Origin: Octopus sinensis
Lineage: Eukaryota
Assembly: GCF_006345805.1 (NCBI RefSeq)
Contig: NC_043017.1
Span: forward strand, 7,812,001-7,876,000
Direction of reading: 5' to 3'
DNA length: 64,000 nucleotides
Below are positions 1-13,400 of the stretch, in pieces. Each line of letters begins with the position of its first letter. Position 1 is the first letter of the stretch. The notes under the pieces were generated by a model. The model was not told the origin of the DNA. It saw nothing but the letters and a program-made list of their open reading frames with translations, and ran no database searches. The position numbers and the translations under genes were made by a program.

Positions 1-199
1 TTCACTGACAGATTCTTATATAACATTTTAATAAAAGGTTTTAATTTAAATAGTGAACATTTGAAAACAATTTTTTTATTATTATTGAACCAGAAGGTGC
101 AGGCAGCTTGGACTTTTTTTTATTAGTTTTTATACTAGTTAAATAAAAAGTATCAAAATTTGAAAATTGTTTGAGTGTCCATCTATTTATTTTTATAGC

Positions 200-475
200 C
201 TGCTATTCATGTGATGGTTGTAAGGGTAAAGTCCCCAGAATGTCCTCCTGAAAATCCTATCAGAAGTGACCATCAGTAAATGTTCTGGCTGCATCTCCAA
301 GTGAGACCGACTGAGGATATTATTGAACCATCTCACTTGTGGTCTACTTCTATGTCTCCTGCTAGTTGGGCTGGCTCATAAAATCTGCTCTGCTCTTCTT
401 TCTACAAACATTCTAACCACATGCTCATAGTACTGTCAGCTGTGATCTCTTGACCTCTACAGCTAGAAAGTCTCT
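200..475 (-). mobile_element. Decayed RTE-clade (Rex3/Expander-like) LINE ORF 3' fragment
   Basis: Manual minus-strand translation with one frameshift and one stop: LAVEVKRSQL..YEHVVRMFVERRAEQIL*ASPTSRRHRSRPQVRWFNNIL.., matching the RTE C-terminal pattern (QLRWxGHVxRM...GxRxRGRPxxRW). Confidence 0.7.
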
Positions 476-659
476 TTTATTTTTAAGTATTTGTTCTAAT
501 TAATAGACAAACAAACAACCATTTGTCACCAAGAATTTTACTGGTTATTTTAGAACTTTCAGCAGTAACAGTATGTTGTCTGTAAGGTTAGAGGTTGGGA
601 TTCACCCCCTTCACCTTCAAAAAGATTACTTTCATCGAAGACAAATATTGACCTATGAT

Positions 660-1190
660 CAATCATGAGCATGATATTTATCACCATCATCTTCATCCAT
701 CATCATCCATCATCATTCATCATCATCCATCATTGTCATCGATCATTATCAGTCTTTATCAACATCCTCCAGGGAAATTCTATGCAGCTGCTTGACCTAA
801 TTCAAATAATAGCCAAATACCTTTCAAATCATACCATTCAGTCATAAAAAAGCAAAATAAATACAACCCCACCAAAGGGATCACATTGGATAATGTAGTC
901 ATAGATGATACACTGGCTTCTTTTTATGGATGGTTTGGGCGGAAGGAAGGGCTTGAATTCATAGACTTGACAGACCCTCAAAGACTAGTGAAATTGACAG
1001 TTTTGATATTCTACTTAAATAGGCAGTCTGATTATGACAGTATGGTGGTCATGGTTAGAGCATCTTCATCATTCACCATAATTGTCATCACCACCACCAT
1101 CATCATCCTCATTATCCATCATTTTCTATCGTCAACTATCTTCGCCATTCACCATCATCATCTGCTGCTACCACCACTGTTACCATCATA
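660..1190. repeat. Two imperfect (CAT/CAC)n trinucleotide tracts (about 660-745 and 1060-1190)
   Basis: Visible catcat/caccac runs; they account for the His/Ile-rich ORFs 665..847 and 886..1191. Confidence 0.85.
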
Positions 1191-1527
1191 GATATCAATA
1201 TGTTGGTTTTATTATGAAAAATACTTCCATTTAATAGGAGCTTGTCTTCCTCTCTTAACAGTTCTGTTTGAAGCTGAAGTATTTAAGTATTTACCACACA
1301 CACACACACACATCATGATGTATGATGCTGATGATATATATATAGTGTGTGTGTGTGTTTGCGTATATGAGACAGTAATAATAGTGATAAAAGTGATTAA
1401 GTAGGAGACGATAAAACAAACTGTCCCTCACACTTCTATTAAATTGAATATTTTTAAACAGTTGCTAGCTATTACCTATTTAATATATGTATTTATATAC
1501 ACACACATACATAAATATACACACAAG

Positions 1528-1558
<31 letters not shown>

Positions 1559-2469
1559 TTTGTGCATTACTTTGATGGAACTTCCGAAAGCACAAGATGA
1601 AGTTGAAATGACAAAAGACATACATGAAAGGTAAAAAAAAAAAAATAAGTTGGGAAAATTCTGAGTTCAGTTGTATAATCAGTAAGAAAGGGAGAATAGA
1701 TAAATGGTAAAGTACTAGAGAGAGAGAGATGGGGAGGACGAGAATGTTGTTAAAGTAAATATCAACATAGAGGAACAATGACCTGGTAATTAGAGAGAAA
1801 ACATGCTGGGGAGATGGCAAATCAGTGGAAACTATAAATTAAAGGGGGTCTGGTCTATTAAAACTAGTTTCTAGCTAGATAGGAAAAATAAAACTATAGC
1901 CTATACAGTGTGTCTGGTTGAAATGGATTGAGCAGAGAGATCTGAGTGTAATCGAACAGTTTTATGGTAGCTATTTTGATGATGAGCTATTTTTAGCTTC
2001 AGATATCACTGGAACTGATAAAATAGTACTAGTAATATACTGAGGTTGCTGTAACCAACTATATACCCCTCTCACAACTTAAAAACAGAACCTTGACTTT
2101 ATCTTTGTCATCATGATAATTTTTTTCCCATTTTGTTGTTCTTTGTAAATCAAACAGGTTATTGGAGGTGTGTGTATGTTTTGCCTCAGAGTGTCCGTAT
2201 GTATCCAGGTATCTAACGAGTTATCTTTTGGCTGAATGACATCATTTCTTATAGTTTTCCTTTAAAATCCTTTCCTCTTTTTCTCAACCCTATCATTAAA
2301 AAGGTTCAAGGTTGAATGAAGTGGTTCGTAAGCTAAAAATCAATAGGATTATTTTGATAAAAGCGAAGAGTGGAAAGTGCCCTTACTTTCTGATCATGTC
2401 AGGGATTAAATCGAAGGAGAAACAACAAAAAAGGAATTTACTACAGGGAAATATGAATATAGTTGGAGT

Positions 2470-2700
2470 CAATATTGTTGTTGTTAGGTCTTAAGTGAGC
2501 CACAGCTGAGCAGATCTATGATGAAGGCATTCTAGTTGTGACTATCTTTTTCCTTGAGCACAGTGAACCCAATGCCACATTATCCAGTAAGCTTTTCCTA
2601 AAGAAAACTTGGCTATTATTTCTAGCAGATGGAATGCTCTCATAAAGACTCTCATGATCTACTTTTTTTTTTACATTTTGTAAAGGAAGCTTGTAAATAG
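2470..2700 (+). mobile_element. Decayed copy of an abundant non-autonomous repeat family
   Basis: ttgttgttgttaggtcttaagtgagc..ctgagcagatctatgatgaaggcattctag..; related copies near 3400-3560, 19080-19250, 23500-23690, 37740-38150 and 56190-56380 share the motifs gacctatgatcaaag and gatttggctgctatttctagca. Confidence 0.6.
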
Positions 2701-3689
2701 CTCCTTAATTAGTTGGACAATAATCATCGTTTGATGGATGGATACATCTGATTAGAAATAGATAAGCAGTTAACTGTATCACAGAAGATATATAAAATAA
2801 CATAGATTATTTCCTCCATCTCTTTTTCTTTGATTTTTTCTCTCCACTCCTCTTTGTTTTTATCTCTGACCACTGTCTGTCTTTTAATAGACTCACTCCA
2901 TCTCCAGCATTCTCTGGAATAATATTTCATGAATTTTTGTGTGCATGTGTTTGTGTGTGTGTGTGTGTATGTGTGTGCGTGCAGATGTACAGATAAAAGA
3001 AAATATCTATCAATCTATCTATCTATCTTCCTCCTCCTTCTCCATCTATCCTAGATGGCATGGGTTGGCCCTCCTAAATGGGTGGGTATGGAGGGACATG
3101 TTTCACTTGCACATTCCATTTTGGTATCTTTTTTTATGACTTGACACCTTCCAATCACCATTCAGTTTACAGAGCTCATTGGGTGCATTTTGTCATGGTA
3201 CCAGCACTACAGAGATTTCCTTGCTCTTGACAAGACTTTATAATCTCTTTCTCTCTCTCTCACACACAGACACACACATGCACACACACAGACACACACA
3301 TTGGGCATTTCAGGAGAATCATAAATTCATTGTTGTTTTTAGTTGCAGGGTGAACAGAATTATGTTTGTATCATCCCCAGTACTGTGTCAAATCCTCATC
3401 ATTCGTCTGATGTTATAGCTGTGGCTGTCCTACCTTTTCTGTCACAGATATCATTTCAGGACCCAGTCATCCCATATACTCATTCATTTTTAGTATGTGA
3501 GGGTGAATTTTGAGGAAGATTTTGCAGCTATTTTCACCAGGTCAAAACCACTAACCATGAAGTTCAGATGTTCGATTGTTCAAATATATTTGCAAGTATT
3601 GGAAGTCACATATTGAAAGGAGACAAACAAAGCTGAGAATTTATAATGATGTTCGCTTAGATAGCATTTTATAAAATAATTGTCTTATT

Positions 3690-4160
3690 CTTTTACTGGC
3701 TTTAATTATTGGCTTGTGGCCATGCTGAAGCACTGTCTTCATAGGTTTTGTCAATTGTATTGATCCCAGTTTTTATTTCAGTCTGCTACATATTTTTTTC
3801 TCTATTTATTAAATGCTTATATTTTCTTTTTGATATAAAGGAATGCTACTTGCCTCATCTTTTTATACTATTAAACACAGACACACACACACACAAACAC
3901 ATGTGTATACATATACACATAGACACAAGGGGCTTCAACACAGTTTCTGTCTACCAGTTTATACCAGTACACACAAAAATACATGTGCATACATGCAAAC
4001 CTGCCCCTACACACTAAAACTTCCACATACCTTCCATCTACCATATTCTGCACCCAAAGTATTGAACAACAGCTCAAGGCTGTATGCTGTAGAAGACACA
4101 AGGTGCCATGTTGTGAGATTGAACCTGGAATCACATGGTTGCAAAGCAAACTTCTTAAAG
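3690..4160 (-). mobile_element. tRNA-derived SINE, decayed
   Basis: Reverse complement of the SINE head (aagaagtttgcttt..aaccatgtgattccaggttcaatc) at about 4090-4160 and of the tail (ccatgctgaagcact, cttttac) at about 3690-3780, with a central (CA)n tract; same family as 18688-19073. Confidence 0.65.
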
Positions 4161-5544
4161 TATACAGTTAAGCCTGAAACTGTATGTTTAAATGACAGTG
4201 TAAAACTATCTGCGTAAATAGTGTAGACAATAAGAAGAGATACCCACGAATGATATATAAGGTTGTTATTGTTAGTAAATACACCTTGAAACTATAAACC
4301 TTGGGGCATTAGGAATAAATGTTGCAAAGAGATTTTGGTATTGTAAGGATGAGATTTTTGTGATTTGTGTATATGAGAGAGAGAGAGAGAGATTTATGAT
4401 TGAGAGAACAGCTGTAGGGAGTGTTCTTTTATTGTTCTGTAATTATTTGGTACAGAATCAGATAATTATTGATACAGGCTATTAGAGAGTGTGAGCTGAT
4501 TGGTGAATTAAAGTCACTGCAATGATCATCATCATCCACACCTTATCCTCACCTGCACCTTTTAGTTGAAAACCTGTTTTACTGAAGCTTGCTACATTAC
4601 ATTTGTGCCTCTCATTGGTTTCTCCCTTCATTTTAATATAACTTATTACCACGACTACCATCATGACCACCATCACCACTACAAGTGCTGCTGTTTCCAC
4701 CATCATAGAAGTCAAGCAGTTCATTCTTGCTTATCACTACACACGTAATATCTCAGTGAACATAATATCACAAACATAAACACACATATGTATATTACAT
4801 ATACACTTATCCATCTGCTTCTTTGTATTTATATTTTACATATACACTTACCCACCTACCTGTGTATGTGTGTACATGACTGGTATTCTGTTTTATCAAC
4901 CCTGAAAGGATAAAAAGCAAAGTTGACCTCAGAGTAATTTGAACTTGGAACACAAAGAGTCGGAACTAGTACCGCAAGGCATTTTTTTCCAATACTATGT
5001 TGATTTTTCCTAGCATAGTGACTGCAATATCGACATCTTGATTTTTATCATTGCTGTAAATATAATTAATTATTCTAACTCCAATTAACACAGCCCCCCC
5101 CCACAAACCTTCCTGTTTGAAAATTGCTTAAATATATTTTCTGGATTCGTTTATTTACCTGAACAGTGTTATTGTTTAGTTCCAGGTGAGTTCTCATTGG
5201 ACAGACTTTCCTGATTTGACCATTCTGTCTTTTTAGGAGTATCTAGAACTCACTACCTTACTCAATATGTCCCTTAATTTTCTTTCAAGATATCCAGATG
5301 TGATTTGTGGGATATTTGGCTACTATTTTCAACAGGTTAAACAATCATACAGAGACTCTTGAATAGATTATTAGAAAGATGTGACAACACTATATGTGAA
5401 GATTCCCAAATGCAATACAGCCATATCAAGGAAAAAAAGCGAATCCCCTTACCTCTCCAACAACATAAAAATCAATAACTTACCTATCTGTCTTGTATTT
5501 GTGCAGTAGATAGTTTGACTGACACAAAAGTAGAGCAGAACAAG

Positions 5545-5835
5545 CTTTTATATATATTATATATATATATAATATATATATATATATATAATATATATAT
5601 ATATATATTTATATGTGTGTGTGTGTGTGTGCACACACACATACGCATATACACACACACACATATATATACATACACACACATACATATACATATACAT
5701 TCATATATATACATACACACACATACATATACATATGCATACATATATACATACACATACACACACATATATATACACATGCACACGTACATACACACGC
5801 ATATACATACATACATACATTCACACACTCATATA
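5545..5835. repeat. Compound (TA)n/(TG)n/(CA)n/(CATA)n microsatellite
   Basis: Directly visible; source of the YI/HT/CV-rich ORFs at 5484-6125. Confidence 0.95.
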
Positions 5836-6379
5836 TATATTGGAAGTCACTTAGTGTGATCACTTTGAGCCAAAGCTTTTTTGATAACAATAACCAGCTA
5901 ATAATTCATTTTAAACATAGAATTGGTACTTCTAATTTTGATATTAACCATTTGGTAATATTATCTATGATTATAATAAGTGCCTTCCATTGTGTATGTA
6001 TGTATGCATATATACATATACACACACATACATTCATTCATTTATATTTATGTATGTGTGTGTGTTTGGAATTTGATGTCCTTTTAATAAAAATAGTATT
6101 TAGGTCAGCTCTTGTGCTTGCCTAATTAAAAAAGAAGCATATATATATTTGGGTAGTAACATTGATTTTTTTTCATATAATTAAGCACATAGCTTTTTTT
6201 AATTAATAAATGTGTTAATTTTTCCAAGAGAAATGGTCAATTTTTATTAGACCAATCAGTCCCAATACATTTATGAGTACATATTTAATTGACCTTTTGA
6301 AGGTTAAAAATAAAGTTCATTCTTCTCTCCCTCCCATCATCAACCTATCACCAACAGCATTTGAACCCAGAATATAGTA

Positions 6380-6600
6380 ATGAAAGCTGGCAGAATCTTC
6401 CGACACCAGACAAAACGCTTAGTAGCAAGCATTTCTTTCAGCTCTTTATGTTCTGAGTTCAAATGCTGCTGAGGTCAACTTTGGCTTCATCTTTTTGGGG
6501 TCAATGGAATAAGTACCAGTTGAGCACTATGGTTGATGTAATTGACTTCTCTTCCCCTCAAAATTGCTGGTCTTGTGCCATAATTAGAAAGTATTATTAA
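6380..6600 (+). mobile_element. SINE of a second family (agctggcagaat...gttctgagttcaaat...gaataagtaccag)
   Basis: Same family in reverse orientation at about 4870-4990, 24085-24960 and 58190-58600; partial forward copy at about 55470-55570. Confidence 0.7.
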
Positions 6601-8326
6601 TTAAATTTTTCTTTCCTTCACTATATTGTAATGAGACTGACTTGTCATATTTGTGTTTGTTTATCTGTGTGATACCAGAACTGTCAAAAAGCATAACTCA
6701 TTGATTCAATAGATATCAATAAAATAATATCCAGACTGCAAATGCTAAAATGCTAGAAAGTGGTGCTCCAGCATGACCACAGCCCAGCAGCTGGAACTAG
6801 TAAAAGAATAAAAGATTACAATGTAACTAAATACCACAATATAATTTATTTGACACTTCCCAGTTTCTGATATTCTATTCCCTGTTATTGATAGAAATTT
6901 TGTTATAATTGTTCTCCACTGACTCATTTGCCAAATTAGCACCAATTTCATGAGGTTGATTAATCAGATAAACCAACAAAGGATTCACTATGTGGTCACT
7001 CTACCTGTGTGAAATAGCTACTTCATTTCCCTCAGACACTAGACTATTGTCTTTAAAAAAGGGTTAAGTAGCACATTTGACAATGTAGTACTAGATAATA
7101 TGATGTGTGAATCAAAGAGGAGATATTCACAGCTGGAACACTTTTGCTTATAGTTTAGCTGGATTAGAGCTAATCTGGAACAACAACAGCCTCAGATTCT
7201 CTCTCTGACCAATCTCTTCTTTCTTCTTGTCATTTTGATCTTTTATCTCTTTTTTGGTAATTTCTCTAGCCAACTTGACATTTCTTTCTCTACAAATGAC
7301 TAAATACATTTGAATATAGTTCTATAGTTGTAGTTGTGAATGTGAGTTAAGAAGTTTGCTTCACAATCACATGGTGCTGATTTCCATTCTACTGCACAGC
7401 ACTTTCCACTGTAGCAGAAAGTACTGTGGCAACCATAGCACTGGTGTGGTGACCTTGTAACTTGGGTGAAATGTTGAGAAGTTAAAGTATGATGGGAAGA
7501 GCAGGTTTGTTATCAGAGGGTGTCTGTGGAAAAACTAGGTGTTAGAGATGGGAGTAATAGAAGGGAAAGATAAAGTATTATCAGGAGCTATTGAGAGTGA
7601 TTAGGAGGTTGGTTGAGTAAGAGGATATTTAGGACTACCCTGCAATATATATTTAGGTGGGATGGATGGAATGGTGCTAGAAAGAGATATAAAGATGCTG
7701 CTGCTGAGGAGTAGAGTGTGCCGCCAGTGCAACATGTGCAAGTAGATGATAGTATAGTGACAGAAGGATCAGGAAAAGTGGGTAAAAGGGGCAAGAGTGA
7801 ATAGTGGTGGTCATAAGTGGACAGGGGTGAAGATAACCAGTGCTGAATAATAGGGGGTTCAATGGTAAGAATGAAGGATGGAGAGCAATAGGAAGTTACT
7901 TAAGGGAAGAGGGAGTGATGACTGGCAGAACAGAAAAGGCGATGATGTATGTAATAATCAAGTTATACTTTTATTAATTACAACAGTAGAATAATGTAGA
8001 AAATAGAATAGTGATGGTGGGATGAGTAGAAGACAGCAGATATGGACTCGACAGGGTTACATTGGTTTCATGTGTGTGCATATGTTTTATTCATTGGATA
8101 TCACAAATTGTGAACGATAGTGTTGTTGATTAGACGTTTCCACTGGGTTAGTCACTGGCTCGATGTATTTCAGATGCCAAGCAACAGAAGGCTGTGTCTA
8201 TAACTAGGTGCAAAACAAATATAGCAATGAATTTCATTTGTAAAACTCTATTTCTTTGGTTTTCTTACTGTTGCTTACATCCTTTGTTGATCTACATCAG
8301 CACACATACTTGCACACACACACACA

Positions 8327-8359
<33 letters not shown>

Positions 8360-8786
8360 TCGCACTTACGTATGTACACCTTGTTTTAGGGTCTTGTGTA
8401 TGTTTCCTTCCGTGTCTTGGTTTAAATAACCAATACTCAGGAACTACAAATCTCTGCAAGAATTTATTCCAACATTGATTTCCATTAAGTTTTAGAAATG
8501 AAATCAATATTATTTTCTATTGTGTTGAAATTAAAAAAAATTTGTTTTTCTTCAGGGATTATATTATGGTAATAAAAATATATTAGATGTTCTCAGTGTG
8601 TGTGTGCATGCGTGTGTGAATACGCGTGTGTGTTTAGCTTCTTTTTAATCACATGATGAATGTGAGTGTATATATACACACACACACACACCTGTATATT
8701 TCACATACATACATCTATGCATACATATCTATCTATATCAATCTATCTGTCTGTCTATCTTCTGTATATATCATATGCATAATATG

Positions 8787-8841
<55 letters not shown>

Positions 8842-8842
8842 C

Positions 8843-11023
8843 ACAACCAGGTGATACACGAAGGAGTCATACCCAATGACTGGTGTAGCAGCATACTAGT
8901 CAACTGCTACAAAGGTAAAGGTGATGCCCTGGATACAAATAATTACAGAGGTATCAAGCTGTTGGATCAGGTAATGAAGGTTACGGAGAGGGTCTTAGCC
9001 CAACTAATTAGAGAGAGAGTTAGTTTAGATGAGATGCAGTTTGGGTTTCCCAGGGAAAAGCACCACTGATGCTATATTCCTGGTAAGGCAGCTGCAGGAG
9101 AAATACCTAGCCAAGGATAAGCCCCTGTACCTGGCTTTTGTTGACATGGAGAAAGCCTTTGATAGGGTCCCCGATCCTCATCTGTGGTCAATGAGGAAAC
9201 TAGGGAAGATGAATGGCTGGTGAGGGCTGTGCAAGCCATGTACAGAGATGCCGTAAGTAAGGTTAGAGTTGGCAACATGTACACAGAAGAATTCAAAGTA
9301 GAGGTTGGGGTCCACCAGGGTTCAGTACTCAGCCCCCTCCTATTTATCATAGTCCTCCAGGCAATAACGGAGGAATTCAAGACCGGTTGCCCCTGGGAGC
9401 TCCTCTATGCTGACGACCTCGCTCTAATCGCTGAGTCACTATCAGAACTGGAGGAGAAGTTCCAGGTGTGGAGGAGGGTTTAGAATCGAGGGGCCTTAGA
9501 GTCAACCTAGCTAAAACCAAGTACTAATAAGTAGAAAGGTAGAAAACCCACAAATATCATCAGGAAGATGGCCCTGTTCGATCTGTAGAAAAGGTGTAGG
9601 TAGAAACTCTATAAGATGTACCCAGTGTAAGCTATGGACACATAAGAGGTGCAGCAATGTCAAAGTAGGCTAACTGGAAGATAGTTTTTGTATGTGGCAG
9701 GTGCTCTGGAGCACTGACCTCCAAAAATCTGCAGAAAACAACTTCTGTCACTTTCCGGGGGGAAAAACTAGAAGTAGTTGATAGTTTCCGCTATCTAGGT
9801 GACCAAGTCAGTAGTGGGGGTGGGTGCGCTGAAAGTGTAACTGCTAGAATAAGAATAGCCTGGGCAAAGTTTAGGGAGCTCTTACTCTGCTGGTGACAAA
9901 AGGCTCTCGCTCAGAGTAAAAGGCAGACTGTATGATGCATGTGTACGAACAGCTATGCTACATGGCAGTGAAACATGGGCCGTGACTGCTGAGGACATGC
10001 GTAAGCTCGTGAGGAACGATGCCAGTATGCTCCGATGGATGTGTAATGTCAGTGTACTTACTCGACAGAGCGTTAGTACCTTGAGAGAAATGTTGTACCT
10101 AAGAAGCGCATCAGTTGTTGTGTGCAAGAGAGACGATTGCGCTGGTATGGTCATGTGGCGAGAATGGATGAAGAGAGTGTGTGAGAAGTGCCAATCCCTA
10201 GCAGTTGAGGGAACCCGTGGAAGAGGTAGACCCAGGAAAACCTGGGACGAGGTGGTGAAGCACGACCTTCGGACGTTAGGTCTCACCATGGAAATGACTA
10301 GAGACCGAGACCTATGGAAGTATGCTGTGCGTGAGAAGACCCGGCAAGACTAGTGAAGCCATAATCCGTGGCCCCTACCTGGGACGTAGTCAGTCCACCT
10401 GTGCATACCTTCCTTCTTGTGACACTTGTGAAGACCTGTTGAGGCAAGTGAGAATCGAATCGAATCGTATCAAATCAAATCGAACCAAATCAAAATAGAT
10501 GAACATCAAGGAATTTGTATCCTTGTGGTACCAGTGCCGGTGGCACTAAGAAAACCATCCGAACGTGACCGTAGCCAGTACCGCAGACTGGCCTCCGTGC
10601 TGAGGGCACGTAACAAACACCATCCGAGCGTGGCCGTCCGCCAGCCTCGTCTAGCACCTGTGTCGGTGACACATAAGAAAACACCATCCGAGCGTGGCCG
10701 TCTGCCAGCCTCGTCTGGCACCTGTGTCGGTGGCACATAAAAAACACCATCCGAGCGTGGCCGTCTGCCAGCCTCGTCTGGCACCTGTGTCGGTGGCACA
10801 TAAAAAAAAACACCATCCGAGCGTGGCCGTCTGCCAGCCTCGTCTGGCACCTGTGTCGGTGGCACATAAAATCACCCACTACACTCTCGGAGTGGTTGGC
10901 GTTAGGAAGGGCATCCAGCTGTAGAAACACTGCCACATCTGACTGGCCTGGTGCAGCCTTCGGGCTTCCCAGACCCCAGTTGAACCGTCCAACCCATGCT
11001 AGCATGGAAAGCGGACGTTAAAC

Positions 11024-11055
<32 letters not shown>
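8843..11055 (+). mobile_element. 5'-truncated RTE-clade non-LTR retrotransposon (RT region, 3' UTR, (GAT)n tail), frameshifted
   Basis: Consecutive frames give IPNDWCSSILVNCYKGKGD..NNYRGIKLL..QFGF / STTDAIFLVRQLQEKY..LAFVDMEKAFDRVP / VGVHQGSVLSPLLF..ELLYADDL / LHGSETW..RGRGRPRKTWDEVV..DRDLW (RT domains including YADD). Coding ends at 10353. The 3' end has a stem-loop tail and (GAT)n; the element is flanked by (TA)n and (CA)n. Several indels; the endonuclease is missing. Confidence 0.95.
10556..10870 (+). repeat. Tandem 63-66 bp repeat (4 near-identical copies plus 1 degenerate) in the RTE 3' UTR
   Basis: Unit catccgagcgtggccgtctgccagcctcgtctggcacctgtgtcggtggcacata(a)n-cac starts at 10621, 10685, 10748 and 10814; degenerate start near 10556. 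Confidence 0.95.
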
Positions 11056-13029
11056 CACACACACACATCTTAGGTTTTTATGCAATTTTAATCTAAGAAC
11101 CCTCCCCTTGTTGCAGTTTCTCTGAGACCTTCTCTGTGTCTCAGATTCAGGCAATAAATAAGTAAATGAATGAATAATAAAATGTTAAAAGCATTGTTAG
11201 GAAATCTCTCCTACAAAGTTTAATTAAAATAAACTGGCATTGTTGTCATAAGCCTTTATATATTTTATTTTCAACTTTACCTAAAAGTGTTTTCGAAGTA
11301 ATTTTAGAAGTTTGTACGTAAAACTAGTTTTGTCTCAAAGTTAAGATTAGTTGATATAAATACAATTTGAAAAAAAAAAAATTTTTTTTTTTCCATTCAA
11401 TCTCTGTATAATAAAAATAATCTATGAAAGTTTAGAATCTTAACTACTGTCAATCTATTGAAATATTTTACATTAAAATAGATAGCAGAATAATGATGAC
11501 AATAATAATAATAATAATATAATAATATAATAATAATAATAATAATAATAATATAATGATGACGATGATAATAGTAGTCACTATATATTTTAAAGGAGGG
11601 GGAAAAAGTTGTTTTGACATGAAATTTAATTATGGTTCTTTTAACTTGAGACAAAGTTGACGTGTTATATATTTATATACGAGGAGAATTTAAAATATAT
11701 ATACTCTTTTTAAGGCCATAATTATGATATACTGGTTTATAAATGTATGTATGCTTATAATATATAGATATATATTGAAAATTATGGCTACTTAAATCAT
11801 CATGATCATTTTTGCATCTCCTCCATGCTCGTATGCATTGGACAGAACTTTTTGAGACTTTACAGCCAGATATTCTTCTTTATGGCAACCTGTTAAATCA
11901 CCTCTTACAACATGCAGGGATATGATGTACCTATTCTAAAATCAGACTGCATATATATATTCATTCTTTTATTTCTTTAGCCATTGGATTATGGCCATGC
12001 TGGGGCTAGCCTTCAAGTTTTGGTGTTTTAGACTCACTTTATTTGTGTTTATTTGATCATTGATATACCCCACTCAAATACATGTTTAGTGTACATATTT
12101 TAAGGCTCAATATGTAGTGTTAGAACCTTTGTTTTTTTTTTCATGTAAACTCACAGCGTTGCTTGCTTATACCAACTGCACTCACATTTATATAAATATG
12201 TCATGGTAGAATGTTTTGTATCAAATTTATTTCTACAGCTGATTGTCAATGGAATGTTGGTTTATTATTGAAGTGACACATTCCATCATCCCAGCCTGTG
12301 CGCGTGTTTGAAATGTACCTGGCAGTTTGGTAATGTGTCATCTATTTTGCTGTATGACCAGTCTATTTAAATAGTCACATTTGTTTTGAAAGTTGATCTT
12401 GTTCATCAGTAATTTTCACCATAGCCTCTAGTTGACCCAATCCTTGTAAGTGAAATTGGGTGGATGGCAGTTGTGCAGAAGACTGCTGGTTTGTGTCTGT
12501 ATTTCAATGATCTGACCATATCACCCTGTGTCATGCTGATTCTGTTTGATAATTATATTTAAAGTTATATGTATCAGTAGAATCCTCAACTGTTTACTGT
12601 ATAATTCAATGAGAAAGTAGCTCTGTTGATTGAACAACTGAATACACATCAATAAAATTCGTGGAGATCCATTGATTATTGTACTGGATTAGGAAAATTA
12701 AATCCATATGTGATTGTTTCAGTTTTCCAGGATTTATCATTGAGGATCTGAGAGGGAAGTTAGATTATATTAAAAGGGAAAAGGGATTTACTGAAAACAT
12801 GCCAAAGCCGACATTATTGTTTGGCACAGTCCTCTGGCTTGTTGGTTCTTGTTGATCTATCCATCTCATGCCAGCATGGAAAACAGACATTAAACAATGA
12901 TGATGATGATGATAGGTGTACTATACTCTCGATGCTTGATATTGGCCTAAATTTTATATTGGATAATTCTCTTGGTTTGAAAGAATGAAAGAAGTATATT
13001 TCTGCCATCTGTTTACCCTGTCTACTGTG

Positions 13030-13400
13030 AACTGTTTAATTGTGAAGTGGAAGTCATATCACTGGTTCCCATAGAGTAGTGCTTTTGATGGGAGACTATA
13101 TTCTGAATGGAATGCAAGCTGCTCTACCAAACTTACTGGAGATATAATCCTCATGACCAAGTTCTCAGAAGTTTCAAATCTTAATTCAATTTGACTTAGA
13201 GCCTTTCTACTATTTCACTTAAATTTTTCAACATTGAACTTCCATTGGAGTAACCACAACAAGTCTTGCCATTTCTTAAACTGCAACATGTAGATAGACC
13301 ATAATTTCCTGATAGAATCCATAAATTGTGTTAAGCTATTTGCAGTCAAACAGTTAATTTGATGATGGGCCAACTATTACAAACAGTGTTAACTGAAGAG
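13030..13400 (-). mobile_element. Highly decayed CR1-like LINE RT fragment
   Basis: Minus-strand pieces LQFKKWQDLLWLLQWKFNVEKFK and TSENLV resemble CR1 RT LQxDLxxLxxWxxxWxMxFNxxKC and EKDLGV. Confidence 0.45.

Noticed and set aside
10490-11005. Repetitive 119-171 aa ORFs on the minus strand, and a CRISPR-like reading of the array
   Set aside because: They derive from the GC-rich tandem repeat in a LINE 3' UTR; units are contiguous with no unique spacers, no cas genes are present, and the DNA is eukaryotic.
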